From an uncultured Candidatus Bathyarchaeia archaeon (GTDB lineage Archaea > Thermoproteota > Bathyarchaeia > EX4484-135 > B24-G1): a DNA stretch of 33,659 bases. Location: NCBI GenBank assembly GCA_964555905.1, contig CAZKUI010000004.1, forward strand, positions 1 to 33,659, given 5' to 3'. This document shows, piece after piece, positions 1 to 9,124 of the stretch. How positions within the stretch are numbered: the stretch's first letter is position 1; every line of letters starts with the position of its first letter. The notes under the pieces are model-generated. The model was given only the letters and a program-made list of their open reading frames with translations. It did not search any database and was not told the DNA's origin. Made by a program: the position numbers and the translations under genes.

Positions 1-1
1 G

Positions 2-628
2 AATCCCGAACTCCATCTTCAATAATACGGCGGGTATCCCGCAGAAGGCGGCGGCCGAGGAGTGGCACAGGTCCACCTCAGGGTACTCGTAGGCGAGCAC
101 CCTCAGGAGGTGCTGTATTATGCGGGAAATCTCCACGGTGGACGAGACGCTTAGGTTCTGGTAGAGGGGATCCTCAGCCAGCTCCTGACGGATTACATCC
201 CACACGTATCTGCTCCTGAAGGTTTTCTTGTAGTCGTGTTCCCTGAGGAATAGGTGCATCTCGTATAGGGATTGGGCCACGGCCTCGGGGTTCTTACCGC
301 CGTTCTTTACCTCCCTGATGAACCTCCTGAAGTGCGGGGTGAACTGCCGCCTTATTTCCCAGTCCTTGGTGTTCAGCCTCCGTTTAATCATCATCTTTAT
401 GGGCTCGCCGTGAAATTCCTTGACTAGCTCCGTCCCCCATAGGGGTATGGACGCTAACCCAATCACGTTCTCCGGGAGATTATAGCAGGGCTTGAAGAAG
501 GGTGTGGGGAGCACGGCGGCAACGATGAACTCAAATTCCCTTAGGTTTGTGATGAGGTCGTCTGTCCAAGTGCTCACCCCGCCTTTGAAGTAGGGGTATG
601 TCCCCTCGGTGAGCATGAGCACCCTCAT
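2..628 (-). CDS. PelF-like GT4 glycosyltransferase (DUF3492-type N-terminus), runs off the window start
   Basis: Not in the ORF track. Manual translation from ATG at 628 gives MRVLMLTEGTYPYFKGGVSTWTDDLITNL...IPLWG...DLCHSSAAAFCG. EGTYPY..GGVS.W is the PelF/DUF3492 N-terminal motif. Confidence 0.85.
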   Translation of the reverse strand, partial: MRVLMLTEGTYPYFKGGVSTWTDDLITNLREFEFIVAAVLPTPFFKPCYNLPENVIGLASIPLWGTELVKEFHGEPIKMMIKRRLNTKDWEIRRQFTPHFRRFIREVKNGGKNPEAVAQSLYEMHLFLREHDYKKTFRSRYVWDVIRQELAEDPLYQNLSVSSTVEISRIIQHLLRVLAYEYPEVDLCHSSAAAFCGIPAVLLKMEFGI

Positions 629-635
629 GCTGGGG

Positions 636-1100
636 CTACCTCGCGTCCCGCTTCTTACCCCTATAGGGCTTGAATAGGGGTACATCCCCAGCGCTGGGCT
701 CGGAGCTCACCTTCCCGGAGATGGAGTCGGCGACCTCCATAAGCCTCTGTGCAGTCTCGTACTCCTCAGCCCACATGTAGCACTTAGCAGCCATCCTGTA
801 GCCCCAGACGGTAGACGTCGGCGCTATAGACGACGTGGATTCGGCGTACTCCCGGTATTTATCCCCAGCCAGCCGAAACAGTTCCAGCGCCTCGTCCCTG
901 CGGCCAACCCTTAACAGGCACTTAGCCGCCGAGAGGTAGCCCAACGCCGCCATGGCCGCGTTCTTGCCGTCCTGCCTCCTCGCCTCCCTCAGGTAGTGCT
1001 CCGCGGCCTCCTCTAGGTTTCCCTCCCTCTCCAGCCTGGTCGCTAGGAGCCACTCGCTTTTCTCCTCGCTTACCTTTTCAACCCACGTTTTTTCCTTCAT
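636..1100 (-). CDS. TPR/alpha-SNAP-like helical repeat protein
   Basis: 154 aa with repeated A..Y..AA.C helices (AAEHYLREA, LGYLSAAKCL, GYRMAAKCY). Ends 7 nt upstream of the GT4 start. Confidence 0.6.
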   Translation of the reverse strand: MKEKTWVEKVSEEKSEWLLATRLEREGNLEEAAEHYLREARRQDGKNAAMAALGYLSAAKCLLRVGRRDEALELFRLAGDKYREYAESTSSIAPTSTVWGYRMAAKCYMWAEEYETAQRLMEVADSISGKVSSEPSAGDVPLFKPYRGKKRDAR

Positions 1101-1195
1101 TTCTAATACCTTCGGTACATATCATTGATTAGCTATGTTCTTATACGGAGAATATCTAAATAAGCGTAATGAATTGGAGGTAACTACGATTGATT

Positions 1196-1906
1196 ATGGA
1201 GAGGGTTGAGACCGGCATTGAGGGTCTTGATAACCTGCTAGGCGGGGGCTTCCCGAAGAATAGAACCGTTCTGGTGGCGGGGGAGACGGGAACCGGGAAG
1301 ACCATATTCTCCCTTCAGTACTTGTACAATGGGGCTAGGATGTATGGGGAAAGCGGGGTCTACGTTACCATAGACGAGAAGCCCGAGCATGTGGTGGAGG
1401 ATGCAGCCTCCCTAGGCTGGGACTTAGAAGCACTCATCGACAATAATCTGCTCCTCATCGTGGAGTTAACCCCCTACTTCACCAGCCTGAGGCGGTTGGA
1501 CGCTAAGGAGATCGTGGAGAACCTGAGAAGCTACATCACGGAGATTCACGCCGCGAGGTTGGTGATAGACCCCGTGGCTCCGCTCATAACCCGGAGTGAG
1601 GAGCCCATAGAACCCGCCTTCGCCCAGGCCTACGTGAAGAACTACCTACGCCGCCTATTCTTCTCCCTAGACGAACTTAACGTAACCACCGTAGCCACCT
1701 CGGAGATTCCAACCGGGACGAGCCAACTCAGCAGGTACGGGGTGGAGGAGTTCTTGGCGTCCGGCGTCATAGTGCTCACGTTGAGGAGGGAGGGTGGAAG
1801 GTTCCATAGGGAGATGTATGTGAGGAAGATGAGGGGTGTGAACCACAGCATGGACATCTATCCGTTCATTATCGAGCAGGGTAGGGGTATAGTAATATCT
1901 ATTTAG
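1196..1906 (+). CDS. KaiC-like (RAD55/RecA-superfamily) single-domain ATPase
   Basis: TGIEGLD, Walker A GETGTGKT, Walker B LVID, GVEEFLASGVIVL, KMRG arginine finger. GGAGGT SD upstream; start is ATG 1196 or TTG 1190. Confidence 0.9.
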   Translation: MERVETGIEGLDNLLGGGFPKNRTVLVAGETGTGKTIFSLQYLYNGARMYGESGVYVTIDEKPEHVVEDAASLGWDLEALIDNNLLLIVELTPYFTSLRRLDAKEIVENLRSYITEIHAARLVIDPVAPLITRSEEPIEPAFAQAYVKNYLRRLFFSLDELNVTTVATSEIPTGTSQLSRYGVEEFLASGVIVLTLRREGGRFHREMYVRKMRGVNHSMDIYPFIIEQGRGIVISI

Positions 1907-1927
1907 AAAATTTTCATATACCCCTAA

Positions 1928-3121
1928 GTGGGGAGTCTAGTGTTGAAATTGTCTACGGGGATACCTGTTCTGGACGACATGCTTGGTGGGGGGGTCACCC
2001 GCGGCTCCAGCACGATCCTCTGGTGCGCCCCCTTCGTAGACGGGGCAGTCCTCCTTCACCAGTTATGTCATGGATGGCTGAAGCGCGGAATGACGGTCAT
2101 CTACTTGGTGAATAACAAGCGACCTGACGTGGTGTTCGAGGATGCTGAGAGGTACGGGTGGCCCCTCAGGGGGTACGCGGAGGAGGGGAAATTCGTCGTC
2201 GTAGACGCCTACACCGCCTTGATGGGTGTGGAGAGCCCCGAGAAGTACGCCGCCTCGGACCCCACGGACATAAATGACGTAAGCGAGGCGGTACTCCAAG
2301 CCATTAAGGACGTGGGGGCTCAGGACGCCCTACTGGCGGTAGACTCCCTCTCCATCATGTTGGACATGTGGGGCGCCGAGGCCGTGGAATGCATTTCTAA
2401 CTGGAATAGGTGGGTTGCCGTGAAGGATTTAGTGGCCATCTACTTATTTAACGAGTGGAATTACGAGAAAGAAACCAAGGATAAATTGTTCAGCTTATGC
2501 GATAACGTAGTATCCCTCCAAGTCATCGAGAAGAATGTAATCACGGGGGACGTGTTCACTGTGAAGAAGGTGAATGGAAGTCCCGTGGAGGAGCGTGTCG
2601 TGCCGTTCAAGTACCTAAAGCCCGGGGGGCTCCACGTCTACGTCCCGAAGATACTCGTCACGGGTCCCTACCACGCTGGTAAGACGACGGTGGTGCACGC
2701 GCTATCCACTAGGGCGGTGAGCGTCCAGAGGCGCGGAACCACGATAGCCCTAGACTTCGGCCACCTAGAATACAAGGGATTCACGGCGGACCTCTTCGGA
2801 ACGATCGGGCAACAGCGGTTCGACCCCATTCTGGAGCAACTGGGCGGGGAGTCCCTAGGCGTCATACTGGTCGTAGACAGCACGAAGCCCGAGACGTTCC
2901 CGAGGGCGTTCGAGATGCTGAGGAAAGCCCGCGTGTACGGCCTCCCCTTGGTGGTCTTCGCAAATAAGCAGGATCTACCGGGGGCTTTAACCCCGGAGGA
3001 TGTGCGCAAAAGCATGCATCTCCCGCCCGACGTGCCAGTGATCGGCACCGTAGCTACGGAGAAAAAGAATATATATGAAGGGTTGGAGAGACTACTTAAA
3101 ATGATATTCAAGGTGGGTTAA
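1928..3121 (+). CDS. Fusion of a degenerate KaiC-like domain and an MglA/CvnD-type small GTPase
   Basis: N-terminal STGIPVLDDMLGGG with the Walker A lost (WCAPFVDG). C-terminal G1 GPYHAGKT, TTIALDFG, FGTIGQQRF, G4 NKQD. Confidence 0.85.
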   Translation: MGSLVLKLSTGIPVLDDMLGGGVTRGSSTILWCAPFVDGAVLLHQLCHGWLKRGMTVIYLVNNKRPDVVFEDAERYGWPLRGYAEEGKFVVVDAYTALMGVESPEKYAASDPTDINDVSEAVLQAIKDVGAQDALLAVDSLSIMLDMWGAEAVECISNWNRWVAVKDLVAIYLFNEWNYEKETKDKLFSLCDNVVSLQVIEKNVITGDVFTVKKVNGSPVEERVVPFKYLKPGGLHVYVPKILVTGPYHAGKTTVVHALSTRAVSVQRRGTTIALDFGHLEYKGFTADLFGTIGQQRFDPILEQLGGESLGVILVVDSTKPETFPRAFEMLRKARVYGLPLVVFANKQDLPGALTPEDVRKSMHLPPDVPVIGTVATEKKNIYEGLERLLKMIFKVG

Positions 3122-3124
3122 GAT

Positions 3125-3502
3125 ATGTCAAAGGCCCATGGAATTAAAGAGATGCTCACCGAGGTTCTCGTTGAATTAAACCGTGGGGGCACGGCGTACG
3201 CGTCCGCGGTTGTTTCTCGCGACGGCCTCCTCATGGCTAGCGCCATGCCCGAGGACTTGGACGCCGAGACCTTCGCGGCTATGACCGCCACCATGGTTGG
3301 AGCCGCTGAAACGGCATTCTCGGAGTTGAAGCGCGGCGTGGCGGAGAGGGTGATCGTGGAGGGGGGTAGGGCTAAGATCGTGGCGATGGGCGCTGGGAGG
3401 GAGGCGCTCCTAGTGACCATGGCGGAGCCGGATGTCACTCTGGGGCTGCTCCTACACCAGATGGGGAAGGCGGCTGAAAAAATAAAGAAAATTTTATCGT
3501 AG
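3125..3502 (+). CDS. Roadblock/LC7 (MglB-like) protein
   Basis: ASAVVSRDGLLMAS...FAAMTATMVGAAE...LGLL pattern; starts 3 nt after the GTPase gene. Confidence 0.9.
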   Translation: MSKAHGIKEMLTEVLVELNRGGTAYASAVVSRDGLLMASAMPEDLDAETFAAMTATMVGAAETAFSELKRGVAERVIVEGGRAKIVAMGAGREALLVTMAEPDVTLGLLLHQMGKAAEKIKKILS

Positions 3503-3574
3503 ACGGGTGAATTTTTCTCCCCCTGATGGGTTTTTGGGAATCGTTTAAGGGCTCCCCACAGAATAGATAATTTT

Positions 3575-4378
3575 GTGAGCGGCATGGAGGAAGCCGTAAC
3601 CATACTGCAACACCCAAGCGTGAAGGAGGCGCTCAACGCCCTCCGGAAGGCGCTCTCCAGCCGGCGCGTAATCCTCTTGGTTGGAAGCTGCCGCGTGGAT
3701 TACCGGGGGAGGGCTGAGTCAAAGCTGGAGTTGGGGGATCGCGTCGTCCTCATAAAGGAGGACGGCTCCCTCCTCGTTCACCGCCCCTACGGATACGAGC
3801 CCGTCAATTGGCAACCCCCCGGGTGTATGTTCCAAGCTGGTTTGAGGGAGGATTGCCTCCAGATTAGGGCGGTGAGGAGGGCTCCGAGGGAGTCGGTCTC
3901 CATCACCTTCAATAGGGTCTACCTCCTAGCGGTCCTCCGCCTAGTTGACGCGGGTGCATTCGCACTCCACGCAACCGAGGAGGACATGCAGAGGGCTGTA
4001 TTACTGGAGCCAAGCCTCATAGAGGAGGGACTTAGGGCAATCACGTACGAGAAGAGGGTTGAACCCGGATTCATAGACGTCTACGCCGTAGACAGCCGGG
4101 GGCGCCTCGTGGTGGTGGAGATTAAGCGCGGAACCGCTGGGAGGGAAGCCGCCCTCCAACTCCACAGGTACGTTCAGCACGTGAGGGCTACCGCAAATCA
4201 GGAGGTGAGGGGGATTCTAGCCGCCCCGAGGCTCGCGAAGGGCGTCCAACGCCTACTCACAAACCTAAACCTAGAGTTTAAGCGGTTAGACCCAAAGAAG
4301 TGCGCCGAAGTCCTAAAGAGGGCGGCTAGTAGGCGCCTCACGGAATTCGTAGACGGAGGTAGTGCGCCGAAAACCTAA
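3575..4378 (+). CDS. nucS: Mismatch-specific endonuclease NucS/EndoMS
   Basis: CRVDYRGRA, IKEDGSLLVH, PVNWQPPG, GFIDVYAVD...VVVEIKR, QLHRY. Confidence 0.95.
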   Translation: MSGMEEAVTILQHPSVKEALNALRKALSSRRVILLVGSCRVDYRGRAESKLELGDRVVLIKEDGSLLVHRPYGYEPVNWQPPGCMFQAGLREDCLQIRAVRRAPRESVSITFNRVYLLAVLRLVDAGAFALHATEEDMQRAVLLEPSLIEEGLRAITYEKRVEPGFIDVYAVDSRGRLVVVEIKRGTAGREAALQLHRYVQHVRATANQEVRGILAAPRLAKGVQRLLTNLNLEFKRLDPKKCAEVLKRAASRRLTEFVDGGSAPKT

Positions 4379-4445
4379 CCGCGCATGTGCGGAAAAGCGT
4401 TATAGCCTCTTCCCCCCAAGATTAGTGGCGTGGGGGCGTTGCAGG

Positions 4446-5324
4446 GTGGAGATTGTTCCAATCGCCTTCGACAGCATGGGGACTAGGAGCATGTGCACTT
4501 ATGTGCGCACGAGCGACGTGGGGATACTCATAGACCCCGGGGTTTCATTGGCCCCGAGCAGGTATGGCCTCCCGCCACATCCGCTTGAGTTTCAGCGCAT
4601 GGAAGAGCACCACGCGGAAATCGTCCGTTACGCCGGCGAAGCCGAGGTCTTCATCGTCACCCACTACCACTACGACCACCACCTCCCGGATGAGCCGGAG
4701 CTCTTTGAGGGGAAAATCGCGTATCTGAAGCACCCAACGGAGAACATAAACAGGAGTCAGAGGGGTAGGGCGAAGTACTTCCTAGAGCAGCTCAGGGGGT
4801 ACCCGAAGAGGCTTGAGTACGCGGATGGGAATGAGGCGAGGTTCGGGGGCACGCACATCAGGTTTTCCCCGGCAGTCTGCCACGGGACGAACAACCGCCT
4901 AGGGTACGTGGTTGAAATCTCAATAGAATGCGAAGGCGAGAAGCTCGTGTTCACCTCCGACGTGGAGGGACCCGCCTTAGAGGAGCAGATTCAATTCATA
5001 CTGGAGGAGAAGCCGGACACGCTCATCGTAGACGGGCCCATGACCTACATGCTCGGTTACAGGTACTCCCGCGCCAGCTTGGAGAAGTCTAACGAGAACT
5101 TGGTGAGGGCTATTAGGGAGGCGGGCGTCCAACGCATAATCATAGACCACCACTTCATGAGGGACCTCCAGTACAGGGAGAGGATAGGACCCGTCTACGA
5201 GGCGGCTAGGGACGAGGGAGCCGAGGTTCAATCCGCCGCCGAATTCGCCAAGAAGCCCGTTGATATGTTGGAGGCGCACAGGAAGGAGTTATATAAGGGG
5301 GATTATAAGAGCCCAACCGGGTAA
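4446..5324 (+). CDS. UPF0282-family metallo-beta-lactamase-fold hydrolase
   Basis: DSMGTRSM, IDPGVSLAP.RYGLPP, THYHYDH, SDVEGP, DHH. Start moved to GTG 4446 because the upstream extension overlaps nucS. Confidence 0.85.
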   Translation: MEIVPIAFDSMGTRSMCTYVRTSDVGILIDPGVSLAPSRYGLPPHPLEFQRMEEHHAEIVRYAGEAEVFIVTHYHYDHHLPDEPELFEGKIAYLKHPTENINRSQRGRAKYFLEQLRGYPKRLEYADGNEARFGGTHIRFSPAVCHGTNNRLGYVVEISIECEGEKLVFTSDVEGPALEEQIQFILEEKPDTLIVDGPMTYMLGYRYSRASLEKSNENLVRAIREAGVQRIIIDHHFMRDLQYRERIGPVYEAARDEGAEVQSAAEFAKKPVDMLEAHRKELYKGDYKSPTG

Positions 5325-5340
5325 AATCCCTCCATTCCAA

Positions 5341-5353
5341 AAAGCTTTTAAAT
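5341..5353 (+). promoter_or_regulatory. Putative BRE/TATA promoter of a probably leaderless transcript
   Basis: AAAGCTTTTAAAT lies about 25 nt upstream of ATG 5378. Confidence 0.55.
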
Positions 5354-5377
5354 CGTGGACGAACATAACTACGACAC

Positions 5378-6055
5378 ATGCCGTGGAATGCAGGGCTGAT
5401 TCTAGGCATTAGGATTAGCTACGCGGAGTGGGTGAACTTCGCGTTAATCCTCGTCTACAACTTGTTTGTCATATTCTACGTCTCCAAGAAGGTCTACGAG
5501 CGCTGGGGCGTCTACATGGGGAGGAAGTGCATCCACTTCCTCTGCGGCGGCGTCAGCATACTGCTTGCGCCATACCTATTTGATGACGTTTTCCTGCCGG
5601 TTCTCATGTGCGCCGCCATGACTCTCCTAACGTTGTTTGGGCATCTGTGGCTAGGTCCATTCAAGTGGTTTCAGGTGGAGGGTAACTACGCTGATGTCTA
5701 CTTCTGCATCATGTTCACCCTATTGGTGGGCGTATTCTGGGGCTACAACCCGTGGATCGGAATTCTCGCATGTCTATTCATGGCGTGGGGGGACGGAATC
5801 ACAGGCGTAGTCAGGAACATCGTCTATAAGCGTAGGACGAAGGGGGCCTGGGGGAACCTAGCCATGATACTCCTATGCGTACCCCTAGGCTACGCCCTCC
5901 TAGGCTTGGTAGGCGCCATCGGAGGCGTCTTCGCCAGCGTCATAGAGAAGTTCGAGTTCATAGACGATAACATATCTGTACCCATAGGCTCAGCAGCCGT
6001 CATGAGCCTACTCTACACGCCTGTCGTACGCGCCGCCCTCATGAGCCTAATCTAG
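5378..6055 (+). CDS. Dolichol/phytol kinase-like (CTP-dependent) membrane protein
   Basis: RKCIH, MAWGDGITGVV, KRRTKG..G, DDNISVP; multiple hydrophobic segments. Confidence 0.8.
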   Translation: MPWNAGLILGIRISYAEWVNFALILVYNLFVIFYVSKKVYERWGVYMGRKCIHFLCGGVSILLAPYLFDDVFLPVLMCAAMTLLTLFGHLWLGPFKWFQVEGNYADVYFCIMFTLLVGVFWGYNPWIGILACLFMAWGDGITGVVRNIVYKRRTKGAWGNLAMILLCVPLGYALLGLVGAIGGVFASVIEKFEFIDDNISVPIGSAAVMSLLYTPVVRAALMSLI

Positions 6056-6106
6056 CAACCAAAAATTAATACCCAATCTCGGTGCAACGTAAATTGGTAG
6101 AGCGAA

Positions 6107-6775
6107 TTGAATAGGAGAGTAGGCATATACACCGTAGTTTTGGTAGTCCTCTTGGGGATGACCGCCTATGCGTATGTAGACCTCCAATCTAAGTACGTAA
6201 ATCTGCGAGATAGCTACCTAAAGCTGATGGAAGATTATTCCAATCTAGCGGAGGAGCACGAGGAACTAGCGGCAAAGTATGAGAGGCTCCTCCTGGAGGT
6301 AAACCGGACGCTGGAACCCTCGGTCTCGGTTACGCCCCTCAACGACGGGGAATACTATGAAACAGCCCTGAGGCTCATCAACTCCGCCAACGAAAGCGTC
6401 TACATCATCATGTACGCCGCCAAGTACGACCCGGATGACCCCGTAGACCCCGCCAACGACCTCCTTGGGGCGTTGGTGGGGGCGGCACATAGGGGAGTTA
6501 GGGTGTGCGCGATTCTTGATGACGAGGTAGGTTGCAACGAGGAGACTCTGAGCTACCTTCAATCAGCTGGTGTAAACGCAACGTACGACCCGAAGGATGT
6601 GAGAACCCACTCAAAAATCGTGATTGTTGACGGATATTTGGTGCTTATTGGAAGCCACAACTGGACTGAGAGCGGCTTGGCGTACAACCACGAGACGAGC
6701 GTCCTAGTCTCCTCTAGACAGTTCGCTCAGCTTGAAATCGCATATTTTAACTCGGTGTGGGCGGAGGCCTCCTAG
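6107..6775 (+). CDS. Membrane-anchored phospholipase D/Nuc-family protein
   Basis: N-terminal TM segment, coiled coil, and a single HKD motif HSKIVIVD...GSHNW...NHE. Confidence 0.85.
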   Translation: MNRRVGIYTVVLVVLLGMTAYAYVDLQSKYVNLRDSYLKLMEDYSNLAEEHEELAAKYERLLLEVNRTLEPSVSVTPLNDGEYYETALRLINSANESVYIIMYAAKYDPDDPVDPANDLLGALVGAAHRGVRVCAILDDEVGCNEETLSYLQSAGVNATYDPKDVRTHSKIVIVDGYLVLIGSHNWTESGLAYNHETSVLVSSRQFAQLEIAYFNSVWAEAS

Positions 6776-8017
6776 GTGGAGGGGCGCTACGTCTACCGCA
6801 GGAATCCGGATGAGTGCCGCGAATGCGGCTTCTGCGAGGAGCACATTCTATGCCCCGGAGTTGGTGGGTCCACCATCCACAGGCCGGAGCGGCTATGCGT
6901 TGGTTGTGGGGTGTGCTACGTAGCGTGCCCCTACGAGGCGGTTGAAGCCGTGACGGATGAGACGCCCAGAAGCACCGTTCGCATAGTCGTAGACGGGGAG
7001 GTCTACGAGGTCCCGGAGAGGACGACCGTAAGGCACGCCCTCCAAACCCTTGGATGGGAGTTCACGAAAATTCCGGTGGAGGGTCGCCTCTACGCCCCCT
7101 GCGAGACCGGCGGCTGTTATGCCTGCGCTTTACTCGTAGACGGGGAGCTTAGGCCCTCATGCACCACCCCGGTGAAGGACGGAATGGAGATAAGCACGAA
7201 CTTGGAGGGGTATACACCCCTCAGGAGGGTGTCCGGGTATCAGCCGCATCCGGTTGGCGGCGTTGGAACCCCTTGGTGGATTAAGGGGGAAAGCAGATAC
7301 ATAGAGGTTGCGTGCTTCGCCCACGGCTGCAACCTCAGGTGCCCACAATGCCAGAACTACTCGGTGACGTATGACAATGTAACGCCGCCATCCACGCCGG
7401 TGGAGGCCGCCAGAAGGCTCACGTGGTTGAGGTGGTGGTATAACGTAGACAGGATGGCGATCTCAGGGGGAGAACCCACCCTCAACCGCCCATGGCTGAT
7501 CAAATTTTTCACCGAGCTACGCAGGCTGAACAAAGACCCGAAGGCCAGGCTCCACCTAGACACCAACGCCACGCTCCTCACACCAGACTACATAGACGAA
7601 CTGGTAGAGGCCGGAGTCACCGACATAGGCCCAGACCTAAAGGGCCTACGCGTTGAAACTTTCATGGAGATAACTGGAATCCGAGACAAAGACCTAGCCA
7701 GTAAGTATCTGAAGAACTCCTGGTCGGCCGTAAAGTACATACTGGATGAGTACTACCCAGATAGGGTCTTCCTCGGAATCGGCATACCATATAATAGGTG
7801 TTTCATGAGCCTAGAGGAGCTTCGGGAGATTGGAGACCGAATCGCATCCATGAACCCCCAAGTCCAAGTATGCATCCTAGATTACTTCCCTACATTCAGG
7901 AGACGCGCCATGAGGAAACCGACGGTCGAAGAGATGAGGAAGGCGAGAGAAACACTCCTAGAAGCTGGATTAAAGACGGTAATCGCACAGACTGCCATCG
8001 GTTATTTAGGCCCTTAA
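6776..8017 (+). CDS. Radical SAM protein (PFL-activating-enzyme-like) with N-terminal 2x[4Fe-4S] ferredoxin and [2Fe-2S] domains
   Basis: CRECGFC...CP, CVGCGVCYVACP, CETGGCYAC...SC, CNLRCPQC, SGGEPT, DTN. Confidence 0.85.
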   Translation: MEGRYVYRRNPDECRECGFCEEHILCPGVGGSTIHRPERLCVGCGVCYVACPYEAVEAVTDETPRSTVRIVVDGEVYEVPERTTVRHALQTLGWEFTKIPVEGRLYAPCETGGCYACALLVDGELRPSCTTPVKDGMEISTNLEGYTPLRRVSGYQPHPVGGVGTPWWIKGESRYIEVACFAHGCNLRCPQCQNYSVTYDNVTPPSTPVEAARRLTWLRWWYNVDRMAISGGEPTLNRPWLIKFFTELRRLNKDPKARLHLDTNATLLTPDYIDELVEAGVTDIGPDLKGLRVETFMEITGIRDKDLASKYLKNSWSAVKYILDEYYPDRVFLGIGIPYNRCFMSLEELREIGDRIASMNPQVQVCILDYFPTFRRRAMRKPTVEEMRKARETLLEAGLKTVIAQTAIGYLGP

Positions 8018-8043
8018 ATGGCCTGAACTTAAAGGTCATTTAA
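8014..8043. repeat. Inverted repeat (11-bp arms, 1 mismatch, 8-nt spacer)
   Basis: TTAAATGGCCT-gaacttaa-AGGTCATTTAA overlaps the radical SAM stop codon. Confidence 0.6.
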
Positions 8044-8078
8044 TCTTAAATTATAGTACTTACCATAAAATCCTATCG

Positions 8079-8086
8079 TTTAAATA
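8079..8086 (+). promoter_or_regulatory. Putative TATA box of the ftsZ-like operon
   Basis: TTTAAATA in an AT-rich intergenic region, about 50 nt upstream of GTG 8136, which has a GGAGG SD. Confidence 0.55.
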
Positions 8087-8135
8087 AGAGAAGTTCTCCA
8101 AAATTAGTGAACATAATATACGGAGGGACGAACAA

Positions 8136-9122
8136 GTGGCGTCTATCTTCCCTGCCGGTAAACCGGAGAGGCCGGTAGTAGAGATGGTGGTCGCTGGGTT
8201 CGGAGGCTGCGGGTGCAACACCGTGAGCAACCTCTACGGGAAAAGCTCGGCGCGCCTCATAGCCGTGGATACGGACGCCAGCAACCTCACGGTAACGAAG
8301 GCGGACAAAACCCTACAGGTGGGAGAGGCGCTCACTAAGGGGAGGGGCACGGGAGGCGACATAGGCCTGGGAAGGAAGGTGGCTGAAAGCGATGTAGATA
8401 ACATCCTAGACGTTCTAGGCGCCCCGGACCTCCTCATAGCCGCCGCCGGCCTCGGAGGCGGCGTCGGCTCTGGAACCATGCCGTACGTTCTAGCGGCCTT
8501 CAGGGAGAAGTACCCAGACAAGCTCATCGGAGCGGTGGTCACGGTCCCCTTCAAGTACGAGGGGGTTGAACGCCTAAAGAACACGCAAATCGCCATCAGG
8601 GAGCTACTCGACGCAGCCGACTTCGTCATAGTGAACCTAAACGACCTACTCCTGAAGCGCTACGGGGTTCTGCCGGTTCAGGACGCCATGAAGATCATGG
8701 ACAGCATCCTAGCTAATGGCATATTCGGGTTGGTGGACATGCTGGACCCAACGAACTCCGTCATTAGAACGGACTTCTCCGACTTCACGGCGGTCGTGAG
8801 GAGGAGCGGGGTGAACCTCCTAGGGTACGGCGTGCAGGCCAACGCTAGGAAGGCAACCGAGAGGGCAATCGCTCAGTCCCTGCTGGATGCGGATCTCTCC
8901 ACGGCTAGGGGCGCCCTAGTCTTCGTGAAGGCGCCTCTTGGCGCTAACCTCCAAGAGGCCAGCGAGGCTCCGAGAATCCTGAACGAGTTGTATGGGGTGA
9001 GTAAGGTGACTTGGGGCTTGAAGGTCGCCCCTGACGTTAAGAGGACGCATGTAATGGTGGTGGCTAGTGGTGTCACCTCCAAGACGATTAATGAAACGCT
9101 CAGCGAGGTGGGAGGTGAGTAG
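8136..9122 (+). CDS. FtsZ/tubulin-family GTPase, copy 1 (type A)
   Basis: GFGGCGCN, DTD, GRGTGG, signature GLGGGVGSG, PFKYEGVER, T7 IRTDFSDF. Confidence 0.92.
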   Translation: MASIFPAGKPERPVVEMVVAGFGGCGCNTVSNLYGKSSARLIAVDTDASNLTVTKADKTLQVGEALTKGRGTGGDIGLGRKVAESDVDNILDVLGAPDLLIAAAGLGGGVGSGTMPYVLAAFREKYPDKLIGAVVTVPFKYEGVERLKNTQIAIRELLDAADFVIVNLNDLLLKRYGVLPVQDAMKIMDSILANGIFGLVDMLDPTNSVIRTDFSDFTAVVRRSGVNLLGYGVQANARKATERAIAQSLLDADLSTARGALVFVKAPLGANLQEASEAPRILNELYGVSKVTWGLKVAPDVKRTHVMVVASGVTSKTINETLSEVGGE

Positions 9123-9124
9123 GA

